DNA of 50,588 nt from a virus (IMGVR_UViG_2537561945_000005:1-50588), one strand, 5' to 3'; positions 1 to 10,650 are shown, counted from the first letter of the stretch. Made by a program: numbers and translations. Notes: a model not told the origin generated them from the letters alone.

Positions 1-1254
1 ATGCTGGAACAAATGGGCATTGCCGCGAAGCAAGCCTCGTATAAATTAGCGCAACTCTCCAGCCGCGAAAAAAATCGCGTGCTGGAAAAAATCGCCGATG
101 AACTGGAAGCACAAAGCGAAATCATCCTCAACGCTAACGCCCAGGATGTTGCTGACGCGCGAGCCAATGGCCTTAGCGAAGCGATGCTTGACCGTCTGGC
201 ACTGACGCCCGCACGGCTGAAAGGCATTGCCGACGATGTACGTCAGGTGTGCAACCTCGCCGATCCGGTGGGGCAGGTAATCGATGGCGGCGTACTGGAC
301 AGCGGCCTGCGTCTTGAGCGTCGTCGCGTACCGCTGGGGGTTATTGGCGTGATTTATGAAGCGCGCCCGAACGTGACGGTTGATGTCGCTTCGCTGTGCC
401 TGAAAACCGGTAATGCGGTGATCCTGCGCGGTGGCAAAGAAACGTGTCGCACTAACGCTGCAACGGTGGCGGTGATTCAGGACGCCCTGAAATCCTGCGG
501 CTTACCGGCGGGTGCCGTGCAGGCGATTGATAATCCTGACCGTGCGCTGGTCAGTGAAATGCTGCGTATGGATAAATACATCGACATGCTGATCCCGCGT
601 GGTGGCGCTGGTTTGCATAAACTGTGCCGTGAACAGTCGACAATCCCGGTGATCACAGGTGGTATAGGCGTATGCCATATTTACGTTGATGAAAGTGTAG
701 AGATCGCTGAAGCATTAAAAGTGATCGTCAACGCGAAAACTCAGCGTCCGAGCACATGTAATACGGTTGAAACGTTGCTGGTGAATAAAAACATCGCCGA
801 TAGCTTCCTGCCCGCATTAAGCAAACAAATGGCGGAAAGCGGCGTGACATTACACGCAGATGCAGCTGCACTGGCGCAGTTGCAGGCAGGCCCTGCGAAG
901 GTGGTTGCTGTTAAAGCCGAAGAGTATGACGATGAGTTTCTGTCATTAGATTTGAACGTCAAAATCGTCAGCGATCTTGACGATGCCATCGCCCATATTC
1001 GTGAACACGGCACACAACACTCCGATGCGATCCTGACCCGCGATATGCGCAACGCCCAGCGTTTTGTTAACGAAGTGGATTCGTCCGCTGTTTACGTTAA
1101 CGCCTCTACGCGTTTTACCGACGGCGGCCAGTTTGGTCTGGGTGCGGAAGTGGCGGTAAGCACACAAAAACTCCACGCGCGTGGCCCAATGGGGCTGGAA
1201 GCACTGACCACTTACAAGTGGATCGGCATTGGTGATTACACCATTCGTGCGTAA
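1..1254 (+). CDS. proA: Gamma-glutamyl phosphate reductase
   Basis: 417-aa ORF recognised as E. coli ProA; the position upstream of thrW matches the known proA-thrW neighbourhood. Confidence 0.93.
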
Positions 1255-1368
1255 ATAAAACCGGGTGATGCAAAAGTAGCCATTTGATTCACAAGGCCAT
1301 TGACGCATCGCCCGGTTAGTTTTAACCTTGCCCACCGTGATTCACGTTCGTGAACATGTCCTTTCAGG

Positions 1369-1444
1369 GCCGATATAGCTCAGTTGGTAGAGCAGCGCAT
1401 TCGTAATGCGAAGGTCGTAGGTTCGACTCCTATTATCGGCACCA
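1369..1444 (+). tRNA. thrW: tRNA-Thr (anticodon CGU)
   Basis: 76-nt sequence GCCGATATAGCTCAGTTGG...GGCACCA with anticodon loop TTCGTAA and encoded CCA end; cloverleaf-compatible. Confidence 0.9.
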
Positions 1445-1447
1445 TTT
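1399..1447 (+). repeat. attL core: 49-bp direct repeat covering the thrW 3' half
   Basis: Identical 49-bp string ATTCGTAATGCGAAGGTCGTAGGTTCGACTCCTATTATCGGCACCATTT recurs at 43107-43155. Confidence 0.8.
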
Positions 1448-1458
1448 AAATCAATAAG

Positions 1459-2622
1459 TTACACATCATTAGTACCTTCCTTATTTTTTGACTGGGACAA
1501 ATTTGGGACCGATGGGTTCAGGATCGAGTCTATTTGCCGTGCGTGTTCGGTAAGGTGATTAGGTGCAAGGTGAGCATATCGACGAACCATTTCGATAGAC
1601 TCCCAGCCTCCCATTTCCTGTAACACTGACAACGGGACTCCGGCTTGAACCAGCCAACTTGCCCAGGTGTGTCTCAAGTCGTGAAATCTGAAATCATCAA
1701 TACCAGCCCGTCTCAGCGCCGCTTTCCAGGCTGTGTTTGCGTCATACCGCATCTTCCTTACTGTTGGCGCTTTCGTTCCGTCTGGTTTGGTACAGCTTTC
1801 CTTGTACACAAATACCCAACGGTGATGATTCCCGATTTGTTTTTTCAATACGCGACATGCAGTATCATTCAGCGCAACGCCAATTGCGCGGTTTGATTTA
1901 CTCTCTTCCGGGTTTATCCATGCCACCCGGCGCTGCATATCTATTTGTTGCCATTCAAGGTTGATGATGTTCGAGCGTCTTAAGCCTGTTGCCAGTGCAA
2001 ATTCAACAACAGACTTTAATGGCTCCGGACATTCATCAATCAGCCTTTGTGCTTCATGGGGCTCCAGCCAGCGGATCCGTTTATTCTTTGGTTGAGGCAC
2101 TTTAATAATTGGTGCCTTATCCAGCATTTTCCATTCACGCTCTGCGGCTCTTAGTAGGGCCTTTATAAATGAAAGATGCGTAGCCTTCGTTGCAACGGAC
2201 GCTGGTTTTGGCGTGTATTCTGGAACAGGTTTCCCTTTTTTTCTGCATGCTTCTGCCCTGAGTTTCCAGTTTTCCTCATGACGCCGGTTCGTCATTTTCT
2301 GCATTGCTGAATAAATTTTTGATTCAGTGATGTCTCTTAGTTGCATCCCTGCGAAATGTTGAAGCCAGAATCCGATCCGGCTTTTGTCATCGTCCAGTGA
2401 TTTCTTATGTGCTTTCTCTTCGAGCCACCTGACACACGCTTCCTCAAACGTCATATCAGGTATTTCACCAAGTTTGCTGACCCGCCATGCTTCAGCCTTT
2501 AGCTTGTCATGGAGCTCTGTCGCCTGCCTTTTGTCCTTTGTTCCAAGAGACTGTTTAAATCTTTTACCGTTCGGCAATGTGAAACTGGCGTACCATATTT
2601 CACTTCTGCGGAAGAGTGACAT
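1459..2622 (-). CDS. int: Tyrosine integrase, P22 Int type
   Basis: 387-aa protein near-identical over its length to my recollection of P22 integrase ([19 protein letters not shown]...[15 protein letters not shown]); its 3' end lies 15 bp from thrW. Confidence 0.9.
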   Translation of the reverse strand: MSLFRRSEIWYASFTLPNGKRFKQSLGTKDKRQATELHDKLKAEAWRVSKLGEIPDMTFEEACVRWLEEKAHKKSLDDDKSRIGFWLQHFAGMQLRDITESKIYSAMQKMTNRRHEENWKLRAEACRKKGKPVPEYTPKPASVATKATHLSFIKALLRAAEREWKMLDKAPIIKVPQPKNKRIRWLEPHEAQRLIDECPEPLKSVVEFALATGLRRSNIINLEWQQIDMQRRVAWINPEESKSNRAIGVALNDTACRVLKKQIGNHHRWVFVYKESCTKPDGTKAPTVRKMRYDANTAWKAALRRAGIDDFRFHDLRHTWASWLVQAGVPLSVLQEMGGWESIEMVRRYAHLAPNHLTEHARQIDSILNPSVPNLSQSKNKEGTNDV

Positions 2623-2849
2623 TTTCTTTCCTCTGTTATGCCATCACCCGCGTTCACCTGGACAGTATGCAGCGGAGACTGAAGCGCCGCAATGCAGGCT
2701 TGCCGTGTTGTGAGGTAAGGAGATTTTGGCTTGGTTGGATCTTTACGTGTTGCCTGTAGGCGGCCTGTTCGTATCCAGTTGGTGGCGGTTGGTCTGGATA
2801 TCTTAAGAAACTGACAGGCCTCATCGAGTGTGAGGCTGTATGATTCCAT
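2499..2849 (-). CDS. xis: Excisionase, P22 Xis type
   Basis: [33 protein letters not shown] matches P22 Xis; overlaps the int 3' end as in P22. The ORF track starts 10 codons earlier at 2879. Confidence 0.75.
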   Translation of the reverse strand: MESYSLTLDEACQFLKISRPTATNWIRTGRLQATRKDPTKPKSPYLTTRQACIAALQSPLHTVQVNAGDGITEERKCHSSAEVKYGTPVSHCRTVKDLNSLLEQRTKGRRQSSMTS

Positions 2850-3159
2850 GGTTACCTCTGCTTTTTGAACGCATGTCACGTAACTTCTTAATGTGTTCTG
2901 CCGTTTCGATCTCTTCTGCTATCCGATCTGCATCAGCTTTATTCACAGGTTCAAAGTCATGATTAAAGCGGAACATGCTGGCGATACATGTTCTGCCTTT
3001 TCGGATGTAGTGAACTTTGTTGTGGGTAGAACGCAGGATTTTGCAGGGAGTGCCGTGGTGGTCGACGTACCAGGTGTTAGGAAAAATGATTCTGAACATT
3101 TTTACACCCCAGTTGGACGATGTTGAAATTTGCTGCTTTGAGGCCATCACAGTCCCCAT
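2821..3159 (-). CDS. Hypothetical early-left-operon protein
   Basis: 112-aa ORF in the b2/ea position between xis and exo; no family recognised and start codon uncertain. Confidence 0.35.
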   Translation of the reverse strand: MGTVMASKQQISTSSNWGVKMFRIIFPNTWYVDHHGTPCKILRSTHNKVHYIRKGRTCIASMFRFNHDFEPVNKADADRIAEEIETAEHIKKLRDMRSKSRGNHGIIQPHTR

Positions 3160-3365
3160 TGTTTGTTCTTAAGTTCGATCTCCTCCTGGCAACTTGCACA
3201 AGTCCGACAACCCTGAACAGCTAGGCGTCTTCGCTCATCTATCGGATCGCCACACTCACAACAATGAGTTGCGGATACAGTCTGGTAGTTCAGACGACGC
3301 ATTTTTATTGCTGTATTGCGCTGTAATTCTTCGATTTCTGATGCTGAATCAATGATGTCTGCCAT
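3147..3365 (-). CDS. TraR/DksA-family C4 zinc-finger protein
   Basis: 72 aa with CxxC-17-CxxC (CCECGDPI...CRTCASC), typical of phage TraR/DksA-like proteins. Confidence 0.65.
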   Translation of the reverse strand: MADIIDSASEIEELQRNTAIKMRRLNYQTVSATHCCECGDPIDERRRLAVQGCRTCASCQEEIELKNKQWGL

Positions 3366-3463
3366 CTTTCATTAATCCCTGAATTGTTGGTTAATACGCT
3401 TGAGGGTAAATGCGAATAATAAAAAAGGAGCCTGTAGCTCCCTGATGATTTTGCTTTTCATGT

Positions 3464-3679
3464 TCATCGTTCCTTAAAGACGCCGTTCAACATGCCGATC
3501 GCCAGGCTTAAATGAGTCGGTGTGAATCCCATCAGCGTTACCGTTTCGCGGTGCTTCTTTAGTACGCTACGGCAAATGTCATCGACGTTTTTATCCGGAA
3601 ACTGCTGTCTGGCTTTTTTGATTTCAGAATTAGCCTGACGGGCAATACTGCGAAGGGCGTTTTCTTGCTGATGTGTCAT
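3464..3679 (-). CDS. Small early protein, lambda orf61-like
   Basis: Position and sequence resemble lambda orf61; start chosen at the internal Met (MTHQQENALR), the ORF extends to 3745. Confidence 0.45.
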   Translation of the reverse strand: MTHQQENALRSIARQANSEIKKARQQFPDKNVDDICRSVLKKHRETVTLMGFTPTHLSLAIGMLNGVFKER

Positions 3680-3755
3680 TGAACAAGTCCCATGTCGGCA
3701 AGCATAAGCACACAGAATATGAAGCCCGCTGCCAGAAAAATGCATTCAGTGGTTG

Positions 3756-3947
3756 TCATACCTGGTCTCTCTCATCTGCTTCTGCTTTCGCCACCATCAT
3801 TTCCAGCTTTTGTGAAAGGGATGCGGCTAACGTATGAAATTCTTCGTCTGTTTCTACTGGTATTGGCACAAACCTGACTCCAATTTGAGCGAGGCTATGT
3901 GCCATCTCAATGCTCGTTCTTAACTCAACAGGAGATGCTTTGTGCAT
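3756..3947 (-). CDS. Small early protein, lambda orf63-like
   Basis: 63-aa ORF in the lambda orf63 position upstream of exo. Confidence 0.5.
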   Translation of the reverse strand: MHKASPVELRTSIEMAHSLAQIGVRFVPIPVETDEEFHTLAASLSQKLEMMVAKAEADERDQV

Positions 3948-4108
3948 ACAGCTCCCCGTTTATTATTTATCTCCTCAGCCAGCCGCTGTGCTTTCAGTGG
4001 ATTTCGGGTAACAGAAAGGCCGGGAAATACCCAGCCTCGCTTTGTAACGGAGTAGACGAAAGTGATCGCACCTACCCGGATATTATCGTGAGGATGCTTC
4101 ATCGCCAT
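3920..4108 (-). CDS. Small early protein, lambda orf60a-like
   Basis: [28 protein letters not shown] matches my recollection of lambda orf60a; immediately upstream of exo. Confidence 0.55.
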   Translation of the reverse strand: MAMKHPHDNIRVGAITFVYSVTKRGWVFPGLSVTRNPLKAQRLAEEINNKRGAVCTKHLLLS

Positions 4109-4779
4109 TGTTCCCCAAATACAAAACCAATTTCAGCCAGTGCCTCGTCCATTTTTTCGATGAACTCCGGCACCATCTCGTCAAAACTCGCCATGTAATT
4201 TTCATCCCGCTCAACCACGACATAATGCAGGCCTTCACGCTTCATTCGTGGGTCATAGTTGGCAAAGTACCAGGCATCTTTTCGTGTCACCCACATGCTG
4301 TACTGCACCTGGGCCATGTAAGCCGACTTTATGGCCTCGAAACCACCGAGCCGGAACTTCATGAAATCCCGGGAGGTAAACGGGCATTTCAGCTCAAGGC
4401 CGTTGCCGTCACTGCATAAACCATCGGGAGAGCAGGCGGTGCGCATACTTTCGTCGCGATAGATGATCGGGGATTCAGTAACATTCACGCCGGAAGTAAA
4501 CTCAAACAGGGCTCTGGCGTCGTTCTCGTACTGTTTTCCCCAGGCCAGTGCTTTAGCGTTAACTTCCGGAGCCACACCGGTGCAAACCTCGGCAAGCAGG
4601 GTGTGGAAGTAGGACATTTTCATGTCAGGCCACTTCTTTCCTGAGCGGGGCTTTGCTATCACGTTGTGAACTTCTGAAGCGGTGATGACGCCGAGCCGTA
4701 ATTTGTGCCATGCATCATCCCCCTGTTCGACAGCTCTCACGTCGATCCCGGTACGCTGCAGGATAATGTCCGGTGTCAT
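4099..4779 (-). CDS. exo: Lambda exonuclease (Red-alpha)
   Basis: 226 aa, near-identical to lambda Exo ([43 protein letters not shown]...). Confidence 0.95.
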   Translation of the reverse strand: MTPDIILQRTGIDVRAVEQGDDAWHKLRLGVITASEVHNVIAKPRSGKKWPDMKMSYFHTLLAEVCTGVAPEVNAKALAWGKQYENDARALFEFTSGVNVTESPIIYRDESMRTACSPDGLCSDGNGLELKCPFTSRDFMKFRLGGFEAIKSAYMAQVQYSMWVTRKDAWYFANYDPRMKREGLHYVVVERDENYMASFDEMVPEFIEKMDEALAEIGFVFGEQWR

Positions 4780-5561
4780 GCTGCCACCTTCTGCTCAGTG
4801 GCTTTCTGTTTCAGGAATCCGAGAGCTTTCACTGCTTCGGCCTGTGTCAGTTCTGACGATGCGCGAATGTCGCGGCGAAATATCTGGGAACAGAGCGGCA
4901 ATAAGTCGTCATCCCATGTTTTATCCAGGGCAATCAGCAGAGTGTTAATCTCCTGCATGGTTTCATCGTTAACCGGAGTGATGTCGCGTTCCGGCTGACG
5001 TTCTGCAGTGTATGCGGTATTTTCGACAATGCGCTCGGCTTCATCCTTGTCATAGATACCAGCAAATCCGAAGGCCAGACGGGCACACTGAATCATGGCT
5101 TTATGACGTAACATCCGTTTGGGATGCGACTGCCACGGCCCCGTGATTTCTCTGCCTTCGCGGGTTTTGAATGGTTCGCGGCGGCATTCATCCATCCACT
5201 CGGTAACGCAGATCGGATGATTGCGGTCCTTGCGGTAAATCCGGCATGTGCAGGATTCATTGTCCTGCTCAAAGTCCATACCATCAAACTGCTGGTTTTC
5301 ATTGATGATACGGGACCAGCCATCAACGCCCACCACCGGAACGATGCCGTTCTGCTTGTCAGGGAAGGCGTAAATTTCTTTCGTCCACGGATTAAGGCCG
5401 TACTGGTTGGCGACGATCAACAATGCGATGAACTGCGCATCGCTGGCATCACCTTTAAATGCCGTCTGGCGAAGAGTGGTGATCAGTTCCTGTGGGTCGA
5501 CAGAATCCATGCCGACACGTTCAGCCAGCTTCCCAGCCAGCGTTGCGAGTGCTGTACTCAT
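4776..5561 (-). CDS. bet: Lambda Bet (Red-beta) single-strand annealing protein
   Basis: 261 aa, near-identical to lambda Bet; 4-nt overlap with exo as in lambda. Confidence 0.95.
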   Translation of the reverse strand: MSTALATLAGKLAERVGMDSVDPQELITTLRQTAFKGDASDAQFIALLIVANQYGLNPWTKEIYAFPDKQNGIVPVVGVDGWSRIINENQQFDGMDFEQDNESCTCRIYRKDRNHPICVTEWMDECRREPFKTREGREITGPWQSHPKRMLRHKAMIQCARLAFGFAGIYDKDEAERIVENTAYTAERQPERDITPVNDETMQEINTLLIALDKTWDDDLLPLCSQIFRRDIRASSELTQAEAVKALGFLKQKATEQKVAA

Positions 5562-5566
5562 CCGTT

Positions 5567-5983
5567 TTATACCTCTGAATCAATATCAACCTGGTGGTGA
5601 GCAATGGTTTCAACCATGTACCGGATGTGTTCTGCCATGCGCTCCTGAAACTCAACATCGTCATCAAACGCACGGGTAATGGCTTTTTTGCTGGCCCCGT
5701 GGCGTTGCAAATGATCGATGCATAGCGATTCAAACAGGTGCTGGGGCAGGCCTTTTTCCATGTCGTCTGCCAGTTCTGCCTCTTTCTCTTCACGGGCGAT
5801 CTGCTGGTAGTGACGCGCCCAGCTCTGAGCCTCAAGACGATCCTGAATGTAATAAGCGTTCATGGCTGAACTCCTGAAATAGCTGTGAAAATATCGCCCG
5901 CGAAATGCCAGGCTGATTAGGAAAACAGGAAAGGGGGTTAGTGAATGCTTTTGCTTGATCTCAATTTCAGCATTAATATCCAT
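5567..5983 (-). CDS. gam: Gam, RecBCD inhibitor (long form)
   Basis: 138 aa containing the lambda Gam core [38 protein letters not shown]; the short form would start at the internal Met. Confidence 0.9.
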   Translation of the reverse strand: MDINAEIEIKQKHSLTPFPVFLISLAFRGRYFHSYFRSSAMNAYYIQDRLEAQSWARHYQQIAREEKEAELADDMEKGLPQHLFESLCIDHLQRHGASKKAITRAFDDDVEFQERMAEHIRYMVETIAHHQVDIDSEV

Positions 5984-6081
5984 TTTTTATAAGCGTCGAC
6001 GGCTTCACGAAACATCTTTTCATCGCCAATAAAAGTGGCGATAGTGAATTTAGTCTGGATAGCCATAAGTGTTTGATCCAT
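5938..6081 (-). CDS. kil: Kil host-killing protein
   Basis: 47-aa frame [47 protein letters not shown] matches lambda Kil. Confidence 0.75.
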   Translation of the reverse strand: MDQTLMAIQTKFTIATFIGDEKMFREAVDAYKKWILMLKLRSSKSIH

Positions 6082-6214
6082 TCTTTGGGACTCCTGGCTG
6101 ATTAAGTATGTCGATAAGGCGTTTCCATCCGTCACGTAATTTACGGGTGATTCGTTCAAGTAAAGATTCGGAAGGGCAGCCAGCAACAGGCCACCCTGCA
6201 ATGGCATATTGCAT
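6050..6214 (-). CDS. cIII: CIII, FtsH/HflB inhibitor
   Basis: 54 aa [54 protein letters not shown] matches lambda CIII. Confidence 0.85.
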   Translation of the reverse strand: MQYAIAGWPVAGCPSESLLERITRKLRDGWKRLIDILNQPGVPKNGSNTYGYPD

Positions 6215-6286
6215 GGTGTGCTCCTTATTTATACATAACGAAAAACGCCTCGAGTGAAGCGTTATTGGTATGCGGTAAAACCGCAC

Positions 6287-6655
6287 TCAGACGGCCTTGA
6301 TAGTCATATCATCTGAATCAAATATTCCTGATGTATCGATATCGGTAATTCTTATTCCTTCACCTCCATCCATTGGAGGCCATCCTTCCTGACCATTTCC
6401 ATCATCCCAGTCGAACTCACAAACAACACCATATGCATTTAAGTCTTTCGAAATTGCTATAAGCAGAGCATGTTGCGCCAGCATGATTAATACAGCATTT
6501 AATAAAGAGCCGTGTTTATTGAGTCGGTATTCAGAGTCTGACCAGAAATTATTAATCTGGTGAAGTTTTTCCTCTGTCATTACGTCATGGTCGATTTCAA
6601 TTTCTATTGATGCTTTCCAGTCGTAATCAATGATGTATTTTTTGATGTTTGACAT
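6287..6655 (-). CDS. ea10: Ea10-like early protein
   Basis: 122 aa, recognised as lambda Ea10 by sequence and position. Confidence 0.75.
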   Translation of the reverse strand: MSNIKKYIIDYDWKASIEIEIDHDVMTEEKLHQINNFWSDSEYRLNKHGSLLNAVLIMLAQHALLIAISKDLNAYGVVCEFDWDDGNGQEGWPPMDGGEGIRITDIDTSGIFDSDDMTIKAV

Positions 6656-6837
6656 CTGTTCATATCCTCACAGATAAAAAATCGCCCTCACATTGGAGGG
6701 CAAAGAAGATTTCCAATAATCAGAACAAGTCGGCTCCTGTTTAGTTACGAGCGACATTGCTCCGTGTATTCACTCGTTGGAATGAATACACAGTGCAGTG
6801 TTTATTCTGTTATTTATGCCAAAAATAAAGGCCACTA

Positions 6838-7038
6838 TCAGGCAGCTTTGTTGTTCTGTTTGTCAAGTTCTCTGGCAATCATTGCCGTCGTTCGTATTGC
6901 CCATTTATCGACATATTTCCCATCTTCCATTACAGGAAACATTTCTTCAGGCTTAACCATGCATTCCGATTGCAGCTTGCATCCATTACATCGCTTGAAT
7001 TGTCCACACCATTGATTTTTATCAATAGTCGTAGTCAT
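6838..7038 (-). CDS. ral: Ral restriction-alleviation protein
   Basis: 66 aa MTTTIDKNQWCGQFKRCNGCKLQSECMVKPEEMF... matches lambda Ral. Confidence 0.85.
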   Translation of the reverse strand: MTTTIDKNQWCGQFKRCNGCKLQSECMVKPEEMFPVMEDGKYVDKWAIRTTAMIARELDKQNNKAA

Positions 7039-7108
7039 ACGGATAGTCCTGGTATTGTTCCATCACATCCTGAGGATGCTCTTCGAACTCTTCAAATTCT
7101 TCTTCCAT
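7022..7108 (-). CDS. Small acidic ORF, lambda orf28-like
   Basis: 28-aa ORF MEEEFEEFEEHPQDVMEQYQDYPYDYDY overlapping the ral start, as in lambda; too short for the ORF track. Confidence 0.35.
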   Translation of the reverse strand: MEEEFEEFEEHPQDVMEQYQDYPYDYDY

Positions 7109-7251
7109 ATATCACCTTAAATAGTGGATTGCGGTAGTAAAGATTGTGCCTGTCTTTTAACCACATCAGGCTCGGTGGTTCTCATGTACCCCTACAGCGA
7201 GAAATCGGATAAACTCTATTCACCCCTACAGAGAGCAAAAGAGAAACGCCG

Positions 7252-7833
7252 ATGAACAACTCATGGTGGCAGGAACTAATGCATTTTTTCCTGCAAGGAA
7301 TGACACTTAAACAGTTGATTCATATGCTAATCATCCTGATCATATTGATTATTGTTATGCCGGTAAGCGTAAAAGAATGGATAAACCTGCATAATCCAGA
7401 AATCCTTCCTCATTACTGGATGTATTACATCCTGTTGTTTTGCGTTAGCTATGTGCTTAACGGCGTTGTTAATTCCGCTTATCACGCTGTGACTGAAAGA
7501 ATTGAGGTATCCGCTGCTCAGAAGCGAAAATCTAAAGAAGAAAAATATGTGCAAGATTTGTTTGATTCATTAACTCTTGGAGAAAGAGCGTATTTGGCAT
7601 TCGCTGTAGCCGCTAATAACCAGCTACAAACGGAAAAGGGAGCTCATGAATCAATTTCATTGCTCAAAAAAGGACTCCTCGTTCGAAGGCCTCCTGCTGT
7701 TGGATATCCTGATACCGACCGTTTTGTTATTCCTGAAAGCTATAGACATGAGTGCTACATTCGGTTTGCCGGGAAGGCAGACAGCCTTATGGATGAACTT
7801 ATCGCTCAGGATAAGCATGGCAAAAACAAGTAA
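7252..7833 (+). CDS. sieB: Superinfection exclusion protein B
   Basis: 193-aa membrane protein on the opposite strand between ral and N, matching lambda SieB in sequence and position. Confidence 0.8.
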   Translation: MNNSWWQELMHFFLQGMTLKQLIHMLIILIILIIVMPVSVKEWINLHNPEILPHYWMYYILLFCVSYVLNGVVNSAYHAVTERIEVSAAQKRKSKEEKYVQDLFDSLTLGERAYLAFAVAANNQLQTEKGAHESISLLKKGLLVRRPPAVGYPDTDRFVIPESYRHECYIRFAGKADSLMDELIAQDKHGKNK

Positions 7834-7849
7834 TTAGCAAATGAATTTA

Positions 7850-8158
7850 TCATCTCGCCGTCAGTTGTTTTGATTTCCGGTAGCCTGCCGCGTAAATAGC
7901 TACGTTTGGCAGGCAAACACTTCCACTGCATTCATCTACTTTCTTGCAGCGAAGGCTTCCGAGTGATATTGCTTTTTCAGAAAGGCTTAACCGCTTTCTC
8001 GGGTCTTCCTGAACAGGTTCCTCACTGTCTGTGCCGAAGATCGAATCGATGATGTTGCAGATGGAATCACGCTCGATGGCCAGCTTTCTGCGCCGCTCAT
8101 GACGGCGAGTTTTGGCATTTCCTGCAAATGTTGATTTTCCGTACACGATTACCGTCAT
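7850..8158 (-). CDS. N: Antiterminator N, P22 gene 24 type
   Basis: MTVIVYGKSTFAGNAKTRRHERRRKLAIERD arginine-rich N-terminus matches P22 gp24 rather than lambda N; start at the internal Met, ORF extends to 8242. Confidence 0.8.
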   Translation of the reverse strand: MTVIVYGKSTFAGNAKTRRHERRRKLAIERDSICNIIDSIFGTDSEEPVQEDPRKRLSLSEKAISLGSLRCKKVDECSGSVCLPNVAIYAAGYRKSKQLTAR

Positions 8159-8276
8159 GATGTTTTCCTCATGTGAAATGGCTTTGGTGGTGATGCGCCA
8201 GATGCTGATCTTCTGGTTGCTGTCGTTACTGCTGCAATTCACATCACCCCAAACCCATCTCGTTTGGTATCTGTTC

Positions 8277-8310
8277 GCGCTTTGTCAGCGCATCATCGAA
8301 GTTAAAGAGC
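8277..8310 (-). promoter_or_regulatory. nutL (boxB 8277-8291, boxA ~8300-8310)
   Basis: Minus-strand reading gives GCTCTTTAAC (boxA-like) followed by GCGCTGACAAAGCGC, the P22-type boxB hairpin, just upstream of N. Confidence 0.7.
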
Positions 8311-8566
8311 CTGCCAATCTGTTCCGTTTGGCTGCCAGCGTCCTGCTGATGGTGATGATAATGAACCAATAGTTCGATATTATCAAGAACTATAAGTACG
8401 AATTGTTTGTGGTTCATTAACTTAATGGGATATGTTTTTGATATGTAAAGGAGTTTATTTTTGTAAAGATTGAAGATTGGTCAGTAGGAGAGAAAGAATT
8501 GTTTGCTGGCGTGTTAGTTCGTGGGTTAGCACATGTGCGGATGTTAAATAAGGTAGACGATCGTGA

Positions 8567-8596
8567 GGAAAAGAAAAACCGGCGCTGAGGCCGGGT
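8567..8596 (-). terminator. Rho-independent terminator ending the cI / rex-position transcript
   Basis: Minus-strand hairpin CCGGC-CTCAGC-GCCGG followed by a T-rich run, immediately downstream of the 8601-9500 ORF. Confidence 0.6.
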
Positions 8597-8600
8597 ATAA

Positions 8601-9500
8601 TTATTTGATTATTTCTTTTATAAAGACTTCTTTCGGTTGGTATTTTTTATCTGATGATTTGAGCTGGTACGTTATTGTTATATCAGCACGTACAGCAAAT
8701 TTACCTGCAAAATCTGATGGGTTTACGTTGGGGCCAAGAACCATATTTACTCTTCGATCTATTAATCCAGGGATAACAGCAGCCCAACCTTTCTCTGGAT
8801 TGTCGAGGTCTAATGCACGGATTTCAACATCAACATCAAAATGATCCTGAGTATATGACTCTGGTGTGAAGACAACTTCAGTTGGGGCTTTTTTAATGGT
8901 TTCAGCGGGAATGGTCACTGTACCACCCCCTGTACCTATGACCATCGTAGATCCTTCGTCTGCCCTAGCTGGGGCAAGCGTCTTAATGGAACTTTTGGCA
9001 AGAGTCTTCTTATTGGTTACCGTGCTTTCTATGATTGCTTGAAGACGGTCAGGTGAAATATTAGCCTCACCGGCACCAATATTGATGATTGTATTGTTAT
9101 TTGCTTCAAAGTGGGAGGTGTTGCTTGGAGCCATAGCCTTAGTTGCTAGAACTAAGCCATATCCAACCAGACCAATAACAACAGCACCAACGAGAGCGTT
9201 TCTCATTTTCCCATTTCCGATCTTTGCATGAGCGCCAGCAAGAAACTTGTCCATTTCTTCTTGGCTACCAAAGAGGAGTTTAATAACAATATCTTCATAA
9301 AGGCTTCCTGCTTCTAATCGCGCAACATGCACCGATATATCAAGGATATTAGCCCCTGTCAGTTCCTGCAAAACACCTTCTGATTGTTTTGCGATGGCCT
9401 CCCACCCTTGAAGGGAGGTAATCACATCTTTGATGCTTACAGGTTCTTTAGTTGAATAATATATGTTTTCGGTAAAGGTTAAAGATAATTCTTGGGACAT
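8601..9500 (-). CDS. Membrane protein in the rex position (candidate superinfection-exclusion or abortive-infection factor)
   Basis: 299-aa ORF directly downstream of cI on the same strand, where lambda carries rexAB; one central hydrophobic helix (ALVGAVVIGLVGYGLVLATKAMA); no family recognised. Confidence 0.6.
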   Translation of the reverse strand: MSQELSLTFTENIYYSTKEPVSIKDVITSLQGWEAIAKQSEGVLQELTGANILDISVHVARLEAGSLYEDIVIKLLFGSQEEMDKFLAGAHAKIGNGKMRNALVGAVVIGLVGYGLVLATKAMAPSNTSHFEANNNTIINIGAGEANISPDRLQAIIESTVTNKKTLAKSSIKTLAPARADEGSTMVIGTGGGTVTIPAETIKKAPTEVVFTPESYTQDHFDVDVEIRALDLDNPEKGWAAVIPGLIDRRVNMVLGPNVNPSDFAGKFAVRADITITYQLKSSDKKYQPKEVFIKEIIK

Positions 9501-9629
9501 CCGAGCCCTCGCTGTTTCTTTCGATTTGCTGTGTTAAGCTAATATTTTAATATCCATGTTTCTGTTTGCTTGCAGTGTGTTTCTCACCACCATCCAAACG
9601 TACTGGTTACTAGCTATGTGATGATGAAG

Positions 9630-10337
9630 TCATGAACTTTTCAGCCATTCCCTGGCCTCGATGTCATCTAGGTGGCGAGATTGCTTCAGAATACCAGCTA
9701 CATACTCCACCTTTGCTACTTGATGATAAGGCAACGTTATTGGCCTGTGGTCTTGGTTGATGCTTGTAAATTGGTATTCTCCGTCTCTGTCATAGCCAAG
9801 AACCTTGATCATGTTGTGCCCTTCAATGGTTCTGACAAACACCTCATCACCTGGGAATACTTTGGTGTTAGGCTCAATGAGTACATATTCTCCTGATTTT
9901 ATTCTGGGCCACATGCTGTCTCCTTTTACACGAAGACCAAAGGCATCTGGATCATCGCTATAAATCTTGAGCCACCCATCGCGCTCTTCGGTCATCTCGA
10001 TGGCACCATCAACACCAAGAATTGCCTCACCAACCACGCGCACTAACCCTTTTTTTAATTTGCCAACAATTGAAAAAGTATCTTCATCATTCGCTCCATT
10101 TAACGAAGTGCCGTGCTGAAGCCAAATAACATCAACGTTTAGAAATTTCGCAAGCGCATTCATTTTTTCCTGGCGTGGTAAAGACTCAGCATTAAACCAT
10201 TTGCTAACGCCTTTGGACGAAAGAGAAAGGGCACGGGCTATGGCCATTCCCCTACCATGTTCATCAAGACCAGCTTCTTTACAGGCTTGCGCTAGCCGCT
10301 GGGCGAATTCTTTGCGCACTTTTTCATTCTGAACCAT
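9630..10337 (-). CDS. cI: CI-type repressor with HTH and LexA-like S24 peptidase domain
   Basis: 235 aa with N-terminal HTH (GMAIARALSLSSKGVSKW) and C-terminal GDSMWP Ser/Lys autopeptidase motif; divergently arranged with cro. Confidence 0.85.
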   Translation of the reverse strand: MVQNEKVRKEFAQRLAQACKEAGLDEHGRGMAIARALSLSSKGVSKWFNAESLPRQEKMNALAKFLNVDVIWLQHGTSLNGANDEDTFSIVGKLKKGLVRVVGEAILGVDGAIEMTEERDGWLKIYSDDPDAFGLRVKGDSMWPRIKSGEYVLIEPNTKVFPGDEVFVRTIEGHNMIKVLGYDRDGEYQFTSINQDHRPITLPYHQVAKVEYVAGILKQSRHLDDIEAREWLKSS

Positions 10338-10415
10338 GAGTACGATACTAAAGCACTTGCAAAAACTTTCAGTTCAACCATAATGCGTACTGAAAGTACG
10401 AAAAAGGACATTCCT
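10338..10415. promoter_or_regulatory. Divergent operator/promoter region (oR, pRM, pR)
   Basis: 78-bp cI-cro intergenic region containing inverted half-sites ACTTTCAGT / ACTGAAAGT. Confidence 0.5.
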
Positions 10416-10643
10416 ATGCAAAATCTTGATGAGCCGATTAAAGGTGTCGGCATCCCTGAAGTTGCGAAGGCTTGTGGAGTTAGCGAAAGGGCTGTCTATA
10501 AGTGGCTCAAAAACGGCTTCCTCCCTAAGACTGAGTTTTTTGGGAAAACGAAATACGCATCAAAAATCGAAGAGATTTCTGGTGGCAAATATCAAGCAAG
10601 CGAAATGCTTGAAATAAGCAAAAAGAACCTTCTGGCAGCATAA
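10416..10643 (+). CDS. cro: Cro-like HTH repressor
   Basis: 75 aa with HTH VAKACGVSERAVYKWLKNG; start chosen at the Met with AAGGA upstream, ORF track begins at 10383. Confidence 0.7.
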   Translation: MQNLDEPIKGVGIPEVAKACGVSERAVYKWLKNGFLPKTEFFGKTKYASKIEEISGGKYQASEMLEISKKNLLAA

Positions 10644-10650
10644 GTAACAC

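Noticed and set aside
8601-9500. Possibility that the rex-position gene is a divergent rexA or rexB
   Set aside because: Size, single-TM topology and sequence do not resemble my recollection of RexA (soluble, 279 aa) or RexB (four TM, 144 aa); treated as a distinct gene.
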